Positions 1 through 13,627 of a stretch of DNA of 64,000 nt are shown in pieces (the first letter of the stretch is position 1; the number at the start of each line of letters is the position of its first letter). A program made the position numbers and the translations under genes. Below the pieces are notes generated by a model. It searched no databases. It was not told the origin of the DNA and saw only the letters and a program-made list of their open reading frames with translations. Source of the stretch: the human T2T-CHM13v2.0 reference genome, Homo sapiens; the NCBI RefSeq assembly GCF_009914755.1, contig NC_060935.1; one strand, given 5' to 3'.

Positions 1-2242
1 GTTATAACATTGGTATTCTAAACTGTCTTTAAGGCTTTTCAAAAAAAATGTTAATGTCAATGAAAGACAAATAGGGTAGCTGTTTTTTACTCAAGGAGAC
101 TAAAGAGGCCTGATAACTAAGTGCAAGTGCAATGCATGATCTTTCACTAGATCATGTATTTGAAAAAAACTATAACGGACATTATTGGAACAATTGGGGA
201 AATTTGAATATGGACTGTATATTAATTAGGTAATGTTTTTGTATCAGCGTCAGATTTCTTGGGTGTGATAATACTGTGGTTTGTAGGAGAATGCCCTTGT
301 TCAAAGGAGAACAAGTGTCAAAGCAAAGTTGAAGTGAAGTGATATTTTCATTCAGCTTAAAATTTAAAAAAATAAAGGGCAAACAACTACATAAAGGCCA
401 ATAAACACACACATATCTGGTAGATAAGGCCAATGAAGAGTATATGGTTATTTATTATACTCTTTTTTCAGTTTTTCTGTAGATTCGAGTTTTCAAAATT
501 AAAAATTGGGGGAACTGTTACTGTGTAGAAATCTGAGGTCAGCCTGATAGTCTTCTCACTCACATAGGTGATTCACTTTCTTTCAGGTAGACTCAGAGAT
601 AAAATTTGCATAACATAAGAATCATCACTTTAACCATTTTAAAATGTAAAATGCAGTGCTTTTTAGTATATTCACAAGGTTGTGCAACCATCGCCCCTAA
701 TTCCAGAACATTGCATCACCACGGGGAAAAAAAAACAAAACACCTCTGTACCACCTAGAATCACTCTTTATTCCTTTCTTGCTCCATTCCCAGACAACCT
801 CGAATCTACTTTCTGTCTTTAGGGATTGCCTTTTTGGACATTTTATATAAATGGAATCATATAACATGTAGTCCTTTGGGTCTGTCTGCTTTCATTTAGC
901 ACGTTTTCAAGGTTCATAGCATCTATCAGTACTTTATTCCTTTTTATGGCTGAATAATATTCTGTTGTGTGTATGTATTACATTTCGTTTATCCATTCAT
1001 CCACTCATGGACATTTGGGTTGTTTCTACTTTTTCATCATTATGAATAATACTGCTGTGAACAATCTTGTACCAGTTTTTGTGTGACCATATGTTTTCAA
1101 TTTCTTAGATATATATGGAGGAATAGAATTGTTGGAGCATATGGTAACTCTTCATTTAACTTTTTGAGAAACTGTGAAATGATTTTTCCAAAGCACCTGT
1201 ACCATTTTACATTCCCATCAGTAATGTAAGAGGGTTCCAATTTCTCTACAACCTTGCCAACACTTACTGCCTCCCCTTTTTGCTATGGCCATCCTAGTGT
1301 GTATGAAGTCTTATCTCATTTTGCTTTTGATTTTCATCTCTCTAAAGACTAATGATCTTGAGCATATTCTTATATGCTTATTGGCCATTTCTTTATAACA
1401 GTATCCGGATATTTTGTCCATGCTTTAACTGGCTTGTTTTTATTGTTGAGTTGTTAGAGTTCTTTTACATTCTGGACACTAGAACCTTGTCAGGTACCTG
1501 ATTTGCAAATATTTTATCCCATTCTGTGGGAGAAAATTCCCCCATTCTTTTGTTTTCTTGTTAGTGTCGTTTGATGTACTCAAGTTTTAGATTTTGATGA
1601 ATTCCAGTGGATCTATAATTTCTCTTTTGTTGCCTATGCTTTTAGTGTCAAATTTAAGAAACTGTTGCCTGATGTAAGATTGTAAAGATTTATACTTTAT
1701 GCTTTCTTTTAGGAGTCCCAGCCTCCTAAGTAGCGGGGACTACAGTCTTAAAGTTTAGCTCTTATATTTAGGTCTTTGTCCATTTTGAGTTAATATTTGT
1801 ATATAGTATGATGTAGGGTGCAAATTCAAATGTTTGTATGTGAATATTCAGATTCCAGCACCATTTGTTGAAGATATGTTTTACTATTAGATGGTCTTGG
1901 CACCTTTGTTGAAAATAAATAGGTCATAGATGTATGGGTTTATTTCTGGAATCTCAATTCTTTTTTTTTCCTTTTTTTTTTCTTCCCCTGTGGACTCAAT
2001 TCTTTTATTTCATGGATCTATATGTCTGTGCTATGCCGTTACCACACTATGTTGATTACTGTAGCTTTATAGTGAATTTTGACATTAGAAAATATGAGTT
2101 GTCCAAGTTTGTTCTTTTTTTCAAGGTATTTTGGTTATTTGTGGCCCCTTGTTTTTCTGTCTTTTAGGATTATCTTATTTCTGCAAGAAAAAAATTTGGA
2201 ATTTTAAAAGAGATTACATTGGGGAGTATTTCCATTTTAGTA

Positions 2243-2600
2243 TATATTGAGTATTCTTTATTCAAGGTGCTTGGGACCAAAAGTTTTGTGGATTTTACAT
2301 TTGTTTGGATTTTGGAATATTTGCATATGCATATTGAGATAACTTACAGATGGGACTCAAGTTGAAACATGAATAATTTTATTTATGCTTCATATATACC
2401 TGATACAGATAGCCTGAAGGTAATTTTATACAATGTTTTAAATAATTTTGTGCATGAAACAAAGTTTGTACATTGAACTATCAGAAAGCAAACCTGTCAG
2501 GTATGAAATTTTCAGTTTGTCACATGATGTCAGCACCTGAAAAGTTTTGGAGTTTGGAACATTTTGGATTTCAGATTTGAGATTAAGGATGCTAAACCTC
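2243..2600. mobile_element. Tigger4/MER46-like DNA transposon
   Basis: ttgagtattctttattc..tgcttgggacc.. at the left; ..ttaaggatgctaaacct inverted terminus at the right. Confidence 0.7.
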
Positions 2601-2931
2601 TAATAGTAACTCTTCTAATCCAATAACATGGGGCCTTTTTTTTCCCATTTTTTTAGGGTCTTTAATTTCTTTCAAGAATATTTTGTAGTTTTCAGTGTTC
2701 AAGTCTTGCACTTCCTAGGTTAAATGTAATCCTGTTTATTCTTTTTTTTTTTTATCCTGATGCTGATGTAAATGGAATTTTTTAAAATTTTATTTTCAAA
2801 TTGTTCATTGCTATATGCAAATGAATTTTGTATATTGATCTTGTATCCTGAAAATTTGCTGAATTCATTAACTCCAGTAGTTTTTTTGACAAATTCTTTA
2901 GGTTTTTTAATATATTAAGATTACATTATTT

Positions 2932-3295
<364 letters not shown>

Positions 3296-3526
3296 TTAAT
3301 TCTTTTTGTTTAGTTGTCCTGGCTAGGACTTCCAACATTATGTTGAACAGAAATAGAGTCTTTGTCTTGTTCTTGATCTTAGGGTTAAGTTTCGAGTCTT
3401 TCAGCATTAAGTATGATGTTAGCTGTGGGGTTTTTGTTTTTATGGTGAAAGAGTATTGGATTTTGTCAAATGTTTTCTCCGTCTATTGAGATAATCATGT
3501 GGATTTTTTTTCCCTTTATTAATATA

Positions 3527-3737
3527 GCTTGACCTCCTGTGCCCAAGTGATCCTCTCATCTCAGCCTCCTAAGTAGCTGGGACTACAGGTGTACACTATC
3601 ATACCCAGCTAACTTTTTAAAAATGTTTTTGTAGAGATGCAGTCTCTGTGTTTACCAGGCTGGCCTTGACCTTCTGGGCTCAAGTGATCCTCCTGAGTAG
3701 TGGGTACTACAGGTGTGCACCACCATGCCCAGCTAAA
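3527..3737 (-). mobile_element. Degenerate AluJ fragments
   Basis: cagcctcctaagtagctgggactacagg and related motifs. Confidence 0.8.
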
Positions 3738-3817
3738 TTGACAGTTTTCATCAGTCTGTTTATTTTGTCTAATGTTAGTATATCCACATCAGCTCACCAG
3801 CTATCTTGTGTATTTTC

Positions 3818-3983
3818 CTTTTTTTAGATGGAGTCTCACTATGTTGCCTAGGCTAGACTGTAGTGGCTACTTAAAGGCACGATCATAGTGCAATGCAGCC
3901 TCAAATTCCTGGGCTCAAGTGACCCTCCTGCCTTGGCCTCCCAAGTAGGTGGGACTGCAGGCATGTACCACCATACCCAGCTA
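3818..3983 (-). mobile_element. Alu monomer (FRAM/FAM-like)
   Basis: Single-arm antisense Alu. Confidence 0.8.
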
Positions 3984-4073
3984 CCAGCTCTCTTTTGGTT
4001 ATTGTTTCCATGGTCTATTTTTTTTTTCCTTTTCCTTTTAACCTATTTGTGTCTTTGAATCTAAAGTGCCTTA

Positions 4074-4376
4074 GCCAGGTGTCATGGCTGACACCTGTAA
4101 TTCCAGCACTTTAGGAGGCTGAGGTGGGTAGATCACTTGAGGCCAGGAGTTTGAGACCAGCCTGGCCAACATGGTGAAACCCCATCTCTACTAAAAATAT
4201 TTTAAAAATTAGTTGGGCGTTGTGGTGTGCACCTGTAATGCCAGCTATTGGGGAGGCTTTAGGTGGGAGGATAGTCTGAGCCATTGGAGATCAAGGCTGC
4301 AGTGAGTCGTGATCTGATTGCATGACTGCTCTCCAGCCTGGGTGACAGAGCAAGACTGTCTCAAAAAAAAAAAAAA
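4074..4376 (+). mobile_element. AluJ, fused at its A tail to the U2 fragment
   Basis: Dimeric Alu with J diagnostics (gaggat..aggctgcagtgag). Confidence 0.95.
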
Positions 4377-4433
4377 ATCGCTTCTTAGCCTTTTGGCTAA
4401 GATCAAGTGTAGTATCTATTCCTATCAGTTTAA
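4377..4433 (+). pseudogene. 3'-truncated U2 snRNA retrocopy (U2 nt ~1-57)
   Basis: ATCGCTTCTTAGCCTTTTGGCTAAGATCAAGTGTAGTATCTATTCCTATCAGTTTAA matches the U2 5' end, including branch-recognition GTAGTA, with ~4 substitutions. Confidence 0.95.
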
Positions 4434-5089
4434 GTGCCTTAATTTCTCTTCCACTTTTTGGACAGGTAGTTTTGCTGGATATAGAATTCTTATTAGCTTT
4501 TGTCTTTCAGCACTTTGATTATGCCACTACTGCCTTCTAGCCTTTGTGGTTTCTGATGAGAAATCAGCTGTTAATCTTACTGAGGATCTCTTTTATGTGA
4601 GACGTTGCTGCTCTCTTGCTGCTTTTATGTTTCTCTGTTGACCACAGTTTGACTATGGTGTATCTTGGTGTGGATTTCTTTTTTCATTCTGTTCGGAGTT
4701 CGTTGAGCTTCTTGGATATGTAAATTAATGTTTTTAATCACACTTGGGAAGTTTTTGGCCACAATTTCTTCAGATTTTTTTTTTTATATCTAACTCTCCT
4801 CTCCCTCTTGGACTCATTATGTTTATTGTTGGTATACTTGATGTGCCACAGTTCTTAGACTCTGTTCATTTTTCTTTATTCTTCTTTCTTTATGTTTCTC
4901 AGGGACAGTTTTGGTTGCTGTTTTTCCTTTATAAGGGCCATACTTTGTTTCCTTACATGCTTTGTAATTTTTTGTTGAAAACTGGACATATTGTGGCAAT
5001 ATGTGGCAACTCTAGAAAGTCAGATTTTCCCCTCTTGCCAGTGTTTGTTACCGCTTGATGTAGTTGTTTGTTTTTTTTAGTGGTGTTTG

Positions 5090-5379
<290 letters not shown>

Positions 5380-5888
5380 TAATTTTTTAAAGTTGGTATT
5401 GTTTGTCATGCATGGCTGTACAATTTCTGTCCCATTAGTTTTAGTGGTCAGCTAATGATTGGACAGATTTCCTTAAATTCTGTATACCAAAAACAAAAAA
5501 TCTGCAGAGTGTTCTGTATTTGTGTTGGGGCACACCTGCAATACTCAACCAAGAAGTTTACAACGTTGCTTCAGCCTTCGCTATCTGCTTGTGCAAAATG
5601 CAAAGTTAGGGCACATGTAGAGCTTAGGGGCCTTCTCAGCTCTTTCCTAAGCATATGTACTGCCCTGGTCATGGGTGTGTCTTTTTAGATTCCCAGGTAT
5701 ATGTTGGACCTTTTCAGAGTCCTATTCCCCAGAAACATCTCACTCCCTAACCTCTTCTTCCAAACTTCTTGGGTAGTCTGTTTGCACCAGTTGCTTTCAT
5801 TGCTTCAGGCAACAGAGACTAAAGCATTTTCCTGTAAGTGTTTTCAGCAAACGCTACTCAGGAGTAGCTTTAGCACAAGGTGAGTTAG

Positions 5889-6230
<342 letters not shown>

Positions 6231-6709
6231 TGATCAGGTCATTTTAGAGGGTCAGATCGGCTTAAGATAGTTTGTAAATGAGGTTTATTCTGCTCCCACC
6301 TGGACCTATGCCTTAAATATGAACTGTTATTTTCAAGGCTGCTACTGAGTGAGGAGCAGGGGATAAACAGGGTAAGTTAAAATGCCAGAAAGCTCACTGT
6401 TCTTACTGCGTTTCACTTGTTTTGAATAAGTTGCTGCAAGCTTTTAGCTAGTTTACAATGTTCTGAAAAAGTTGATTCTGACAGGCTTTGGCAGGTTTTT
6501 AAAATTGCTTTTGTGGAGTAATGGACTTCTGGAGTTCTTTTCTCTGCCATTTTCACTGACATCACTCCTTGATTCACTCTCTCTCAGTTCTTGAAGTATT
6601 TTCTTTGTCTTTGAAGTTTAAGAGCTTAATTCAGATGTGTTGAGTTGAATATCTTGTATTAATTTTCCCAGAACATAGTGGGTTATTTCAGTGCTGCACA
6701 GTCGTGGTA

Positions 6710-7030
6710 TAGTTGTGTGTTTTCATAGTTTCTTGAAGTAAGAATTATTACAAAAACTTTTGTAATTTGGGCTGTGTTTTTTGGGCAAATCTGCTGATCT
6801 CGCTCGGGCTTAACTCATCCAGCTGTAGTCATTTGATGTCTTTACTGTGGCTGGTGGTCTAAAACATCCTTACTCCCATATTTGGAGTCTTGGCACTGTC
6901 TGTTAGCTGAGTCTTTTCTTTCTGCATCATTCAGCTAGGCTGAGCGTCTTTCCATGCCATAGGAACGTTCTAAAAGACTGAAAGTGGAAGTTGAAGGCCT
7001 CTCAAGACCTTTGCCATCTTCTAATTGCCG
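6710..7030. mobile_element. Old MLT1 (MaLR) LTR remnant
   Basis: tctgctgatctcgctcgggcttaactcatccagctgtagtca motif. Confidence 0.5.
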
Positions 7031-7319
7031 CTCTAGCTTTTCAGCCACAAGTCAGGCCTTTTTCTTTCTCACATTTTAATAATCTTGTTTTTCCTCCCAT
7101 TATGTTTTCATCTTTGATTGTTTCTTCTTTCAGTGGTATTTTGGTAAAAGACAGTAAGTTTTGTTGCTATGAGTTCATATACACTCAATCCCTAGGAGCT
7201 GCACCCCTGTTGATAGATTGGGTTGGGGACACACATACCCACTGGGAGAAGAGAGACTCTGGAATGAGTGAGATTATCAGCATACTTAATATTACTCCTG
7301 TTATGGAGGTAGCCAGCAA

Positions 7320-8330
7320 ATTTTTTTTAATTGATACAATAATTGTAATGTATTCATGGGGTATGTAGTGATGTTTTGATTCATATAATGTATAATGATC
7401 AGATCAGGATAATTAGCATATTCATAATTTCAAACATTGTGGGAATGGGAATGTTCAGTGATGGGAATGTTCAGTATCCTTCTAGCAATTTGAAACTCTA
7501 TTATTGTTAAGTATAGTCATCCTACAGTGGTCTAGAACTTACTCCTATCTAGCTGTAATTTTGTATTCTTTCATGAATCTCTATCTTTCCCTTCCCTCTC
7601 CCCTTCCTGGACTCTAGTATCCTCTGTTCTGCCTTCTACTTCTATGAAATTAACAGTTTTTTTGTTTCCACATATGAGTGAGAACATGTGATGTTTAATT
7701 TTCTGTTCCTGGCTTATTTCACTTTACATAATGTCCTCCAGTTCCACCCATGTTGCTGCAAATGACAGGATTTCATTCCTTTATATGGCTGAGTAGTATT
7801 TCATTGTGTATATATATCATATTATCCTCATCTGTTTGCTTGGCTTTTTGTTTTGTTTTTTTGAGACAGGGTCTCGCTCTGTCGCCCATGCTAGAGTGCA
7901 GTGGCGCAATCATAGCTCACTGCAGCTTCAACCTCCTGGGCTCAAGTGACCCTTCTGCCTCAGCCCCCTGAGTAGCTGGGCCTGTAGGCATGCACCACCA
8001 TGCCCGCTAATTTTTTGGGAATTTTAGTAGAGATGAGGTATCGATATGTTGCCCAGCCTGGTCTGAAGCGATCCTTCTGCTTTGGCCTCCCAAAGTGCTG
8101 GATTACAGGCGTGAGCCACAGTGCCTGGCCTACACTCATCTGTTGTTGGATACCTAGGTTGATTCCATATCTTGGCTATTGTGAATAATGCTGTAGGGTT
8201 GCAAATTTCTCTTCCATATAATTTCCTTTCCTTTGGATCAGTAGTGGGATTGCTGGAACATATAGGTAGTTTTATTTGTAGTTTTTTGAGAAACTTCTAT
8301 TCTGTTCTTCATAGTGGGTTTACTAGTTTA
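7320..8330 (-). mobile_element. L1MA-like 3' end, antisense, split by an Alu
   Basis: ccacatatgagtgagaacatg..tgttgctgcaaatgacagg motifs. Confidence 0.8.
7845..8130 (-). mobile_element. AluJ
   Basis: Antisense dimeric Alu. Confidence 0.93.
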
Positions 8331-8375
8331 TTATCTACTCACCCATGTGGCTTAACCTTATTTTTGTTGCCTTAG

Positions 8376-8477
8376 GTTACTATATCAACAACTGATAGGA
8401 GAAACAATAAACTCATTTTCAAAGTGAATTTGTTAGAAATGGATGATAAAATATTGGTTGACTTCCGGCTTTCTAAG
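8376..8477 (+). CDS. CHEK1: CHEK1 penultimate coding exon (aa 412-445, C-terminal KA1 regulatory domain)
   Basis: Acceptor ttgccttag|, donor AAG|gtattt; 102 nt, phase 0-0, translates [34 protein letters not shown], the recognised Chk1 sequence. Confidence 0.98.
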
Positions 8478-8679
8478 GTATTTTTATGTTTTATTGTATT
8501 CTTTCTATGGAAATATTTCTATATGAATTTTTTTAATGGCATTATGTTTGTATATATGTGGCATTTGTAAATAGGTTACTTGCTTTTTTCGTTTAATATT
8601 ATGAGCATGTGTTTTCGTTATCTATTTTTCCCGAACATTGTTTTTTTCAAATGACATTTTCCTTATTATAAAAGTTTTT

Positions 8680-9036
<357 letters not shown>

Positions 9037-9854
9037 TCAGTGATCACATTAATATTTCGAAGCATTTTAATATTTTTCTTAATTTATGTCTTTTAATAAA
9101 AATTATGATTTGATACAAATATTTCATTATAATTTAATGAACCTTTACCAGTTATAATAATTCTGTGATTGCTATTTTATGCATAGATTTTTTTGTTCAT
9201 ATTTCTGATGATTTCTTTAGAAATCATTGATTCTAAGATGATAGTATTACAGCCCTTGATATATAAAACCAAAATAACATTTTTCTCTATTTTCTGAGAG
9301 ATTGTATGTGGCTCTAAAGAGGGTTGGAGGGGTAGCTGCTGTGTTAGAGCATTTGCCGCAGTACTCTTTGTATTAGAGATTTGCTGCAATACTGTTTTTC
9401 AGATGCTTGCTACAGAATTAAATTAAGATCGTAGTATAATGAAATTCTTCTCATAACTAAATCTATTGATTTTGGTCAGTAGTGTTATGACAACAAGACT
9501 TCAGTTTAGTTGTATAGTTTATTGTTAGTTTCCAAACCCTCACTGCCTATGGAATGTAATGACTTAGGTCCAGATATACCAACACCTGAAACAGATAGGA
9601 TGCCATGTTTATCCGCTCTCTGAGCTCAGTGCAGTAGGAACAGTGATGGGCATGAAACCACATCAGAATTATTTGTGTAACAATTTTCTCTTCCAGGATA
9701 TTTGGTCTTCATAAACAGACCGAAAAGAAAATGGTAGCTAGACATACCTAAAGATGTTTGTCTCTTGTTACCACTACAAAGAGATTGATTTTAGGACAGA
9801 ATTTTGTTTTTGTTTTTGTTTTGACATAATTTTTTAATACTATTTCTAATATAG

Positions 9855-9950
9855 GGTGATGGATTGGAGTTCAAGAGACACTTCCTGAAGATTAAAGGGA
9901 AGCTGATTGATATTGTGAGCAGCCAGAAGGTTTGGCTTCCTGCCACATGA
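9855..9950 (+). CDS. CHEK1: CHEK1 last coding exon (aa 446-476 + stop)
   Basis: Acceptor ttctaatatag|; translates GDGLEFKRHFLKIKGKLIDIVSSQKVWLPAT*, TGA at 9948-9950. Confidence 0.98.
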   Translation, partial: GDGLEFKRHFLKIKGKLIDIVSSQKVWLPAT

Positions 9951-9987
9951 TCGGACCATCGGCTCTGGGGAATCCTGGTGAATATAG

Positions 9988-9995
9988 TGCTGCTA
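9988..9995 (+). promoter_or_regulatory. miR-15/16/195/424/497 family 8mer seed site
   Basis: TGCTGCTA, the 8mer match to seed AGCAGCA; CHEK1 is an established target of this family. Confidence 0.8.
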
Positions 9996-10838
9996 TGTTG
10001 ACATTATTCTTCCTAGAGAAGATTATCCTGTCCTGCAAACTGCAAATAGTAGTTCCTGAAGTGTTCACTTCCCTGTTTATCCAAACATCTTCCAATTTAT
10101 TTTGTTTGTTCGGCATACAAATAATACCTATATCTTAATTGTAAGCAAAACTTTGGGGAAAGGATGAATAGAATTCATTTGATTATTTCTTCATGTGTGT
10201 TTAGTATCTGAATTTGAAACTCATCTGGTGGAAACCAAGTTTCAGGGGACATGAGTTTTCCAGCTTTTATACACACGTATCTCATTTTTATCAAAACATT
10301 TTGTTTAATTCAAAAAGTACATATTTCTTCCATGTTGATTTAATTCTAAGATGAACCAATAAAGACATAATTCTTGTGACTTTTGGACAGTAGATTTATC
10401 AGTCTGTGAAGCGAAGCCAGCTTCAAAACATATCCCCAAGATTTGTACTTATATTTTCAAAAGGGCCTGGCCAGTTATATAAACCTGTTTTTGAATTATA
10501 ATGATTAATTAAAATTGCAAGTAGGTGTTTTTTCCAGTGTAGTTAGTAAAATACTTGTATTTTACAGTGTTGCATAAACTCTAGTGCTTAACTAACTTTA
10601 CTCTAAAAATTACTGTTGAACATCTTAAATATTTTTCTATATTTTCTACTTTCATAGCCATATTTTAACCTTTTCAACTTACTGGTGACCAAGCTTTTAG
10701 GTGATAAAGAATAAAAGAGGGAAGGGAAGAGTAAGGAAGCTATAAGAAAAATAGATCTGATTCTTTGTTCCTTTACCTGTTAGACTTACAAAAAGTTTGT
10801 TTTTCTAATAAAATTTGTATCAACTTTGGGGCATATTA

Positions 10839-10993
10839 GGTTGAGGCCTTGGCTCCTGCCTGTAGTCCCAGCTACTTAGGAGGCTGAGAGAGGAGGATCG
10901 CGTGAACCTGGAAGTTTGAGGCTGTAGTGAGCTATGATTGCACCAGTGCACTCCAGCTTGGATGACAGAGTAAGACCCTACCTCTAATAAAAA
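10839..10993 (+). mobile_element. Alu monomer in CHEK1 3'UTR
   Basis: cctgtagtcccagctac..gaggctgtagtgagctatgattgcacc. Confidence 0.85.
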
Positions 10994-11751
10994 TTTTTAA
11001 AATTGTAAAACATTATAAAATTAATCAGTTATTTTAATCTGAAGCCAAGAACATGTAGAATGTTATGATTAGAGTTTATCACATATTAATGTATACTGGC
11101 AAATTGTGTTACTGGAGTATACCCATAGGAGGAATAAATTCAAACCTGTTTTATTTATTTGAACCTATTTACGGTATGCTTAAGAATTGAATCAGTATAA
11201 ATTCTCAAATATGGGAGAAATTTTGTTCTTGAGAATTATCTGAGTCATTAATATTTTTCAAAAACAGCTCTCACTGACTTGAACCTCTTCTGTAAGCTCT
11301 AACCTTTTACCTGCTTTACATTTCCACTTGAATGTCTAGTAGGCATCTCTTGACCAAAAACAGCTTTTGATTCCTGTTCTCCAACCTGTTCCTCTCCTAG
11401 TTTTCTCCATCTCAGAAATGTTACTTCCTCTGCAAAGTCTTTCCCTGACTTATCTAAAATAATAACCTCCTCTGTTTGCTGTGGGAATTTGTATAGAATG
11501 GTGGGAAAATTTCAAGTTTCATATTTGGATTAGCTCTGACATTTATTTATCTGAACACTGGTAATTGCCTCAGTAAAGACACTGATAATAAGTACCTTTT
11601 AGAGTTATTTTAATCTTTAATGCTTTAATGTGTAGGAAGAGTATAGTGTCCTGTTTTGCACAGAAAGGCATTCTGTAAATAATAAGTTGCCTTAATTTTC
11701 CTGTAATGTTCATTATATTGTTGTGGGAAGGTATTTACTCCTATTATTAAA

Positions 11752-11757
11752 AATAAA
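11752..11757 (+). terminator. CHEK1: Distal CHEK1 polyadenylation signal
   Basis: AATAAA with a GU-rich tract from 11822. Confidence 0.7.
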
Positions 11758-11820
11758 AATGTGTAAAATTTACTACCTGAAGATAACAGTTCAAATTTTG
11801 ATGGAAAAATCAACCTATGC

Positions 11821-11821
<1 letters not shown>

Positions 11822-11859
<38 letters not shown>

Positions 11860-11973
11860 GTGTACAGTGTGTGTGGTTGTTGAGATAAGCATAATTATAT
11901 AAAAATATGTGTGTGTGTGTGTAATGTGTACAGTGTGTGTGGTTGTTGAGATAAGCATAATTATATAAAAATA
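11822..11973 (+). repeat. (TG)n microsatellite plus perfect 66-bp tandem duplication
   Basis: 11842-11907 is identical to 11908-11973. Confidence 0.95.
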
Positions 11974-12710
11974 CATAAAATATGTACACTTCAATGTGCA
12001 GTTGTAAAGTTAACATTCACTTAACCACAACTCAATTGTAGAAAGATCATTTACAGACCCTTAAGAACTTCCTATATGCAGTCTCCCAATCACAACCCAC
12101 TTCTTTCCCCCAGAAATAATCACAAAATAGACTTTGGTGATAATCTTTTCCTTCGTGTGTTTTAGAGTGTTCTCAGCTATTTATGCAAATAATATCATTT
12201 AGTTTATGTATTTTTAATTAATATGGTTTTTATTAACGAACTTTATATACATTTTGCTGTATTTTTCATGTGTTGATTTTTTATAGCCATGCTTTTGTGC
12301 ATATTGAATTCATTAATTTTAATTTTTATATAGGATGTATTTATGAACATCCCACTAACTATTCTGCTGCTAATTGATATTTGGATTGTGTACAGTTCGA
12401 TGCTATTATAAAATTCTTCTAAGGACATTCTTGTACATGTTCATTTGTTTTGCTAGGTCCTAGAGTCTAAGGTATATATCCAGAAGAGGAATAGCTGGAT
12501 ATTAGGATAGAATAATGACAAACTGTTTTCTAAAGTGATTGTACAGATTTAGTGTTTCCATAGGAGAAAAGTGTACAGTTACTGGAAAAACAGTTTGGAA
12601 TGATCTAAAGCATAAGAATGTTCATAGCAACAGAATGTATTTCTAGTATTCCAAATTTTCACCTACAGTTGGTGTGGTCAGTATAAGTTGTTGTTTTTGT
12701 TTTTGTTAAT

Positions 12711-12926
12711 GTTTTTTTTTCCTTTGAGACAGGGCCTCACTTTGCTGCCCAGGCTGGAGAGCAGTGGTACAAACATGACTCACTGCAGCCTTAGCCTTGC
12801 AGGCTCAAGCAATCCTCCTGCCTCAGCCTCCCAAGTAACTGGGACCACAGGCACATGCCACCACACCTGGCTAACTTTTGTATTTTTTGTAGAGACAGGG
12901 TCTCACCATGTTGCCCAGTCTGGTCT
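12711..12926 (-). mobile_element. AluJ, truncated
   Basis: Antisense right arm plus part of the left arm. Confidence 0.9.
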
Positions 12927-13325
12927 AGTCTGTTTTAACAAGTTGTTGCTGTGTAATGATATATGTGTGGTGTTAATTTGCTTGTTCCTAAGTTTAAATG
13001 AGGTAGAGCATTTTATGACATGCCTGTTCTAGTCTTTTGCTTATTTTTCTAATTGCCTTTTCTTTTTCTTAATAATTTCAGTTCTTCATATGTTCAGCAT
13101 ACTAGTCCTTTGTCAATTTACATGTATTGAATATATATACTCTCCCATTCTGCGGCTTATTGTTCCATTCTTCATGAACATTTGTAATTTTAATGTCCTA
13201 TTTAGACCTTTCCTCTGTCTATTGTTTTATATTTTGTATTAAAGGAGTCATTCATTACTCCAAGATCATGAAGATTTTCTTGTATGTAATCATGTAATCT
13301 TCTTAAAAGCTTTATGGCTTTTGCT

Positions 13326-13627
13326 TTTTTTTTTTTTTTTTTTTTTTTTAAGAGTCTTGTTGTGTCTCCAAAGCTGGAGTGCAGTGGCACAATCACAGCT
13401 CACTGCAGCCTCAGCCTCCCTGGCCCAAGTGATCCTTCCACCTCAGCCTTCTGAGCTGGGACTATAGCCATGCACCACCATGCCCAGCAAATTTTTTATT
13501 TTTTGAAGAGACCAGATTTCACTGTGTTGCCGAGGCTGGTTTCGAATGCCTGGGCTCAAGTGATCATCCTGCCTTGGCCTCCCAGAGTGCTGGGATTACA
13601 GGTGTGAGCCACCATGTCTGCCTGGCC
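13326..13627 (-). mobile_element. AluJ
   Basis: Poly-T followed by antisense dimer. Confidence 0.93.

Larger units (their letters stand above)
9951..11780 (+). other. CHEK1: CHEK1 3'UTR (long form; end approximate)
   Basis: Follows the stop codon; AU-rich; AATAAA at 10358, 10710, 10807, 11133 and 11752, the last followed by a (GT)n tract. Confidence 0.8.
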
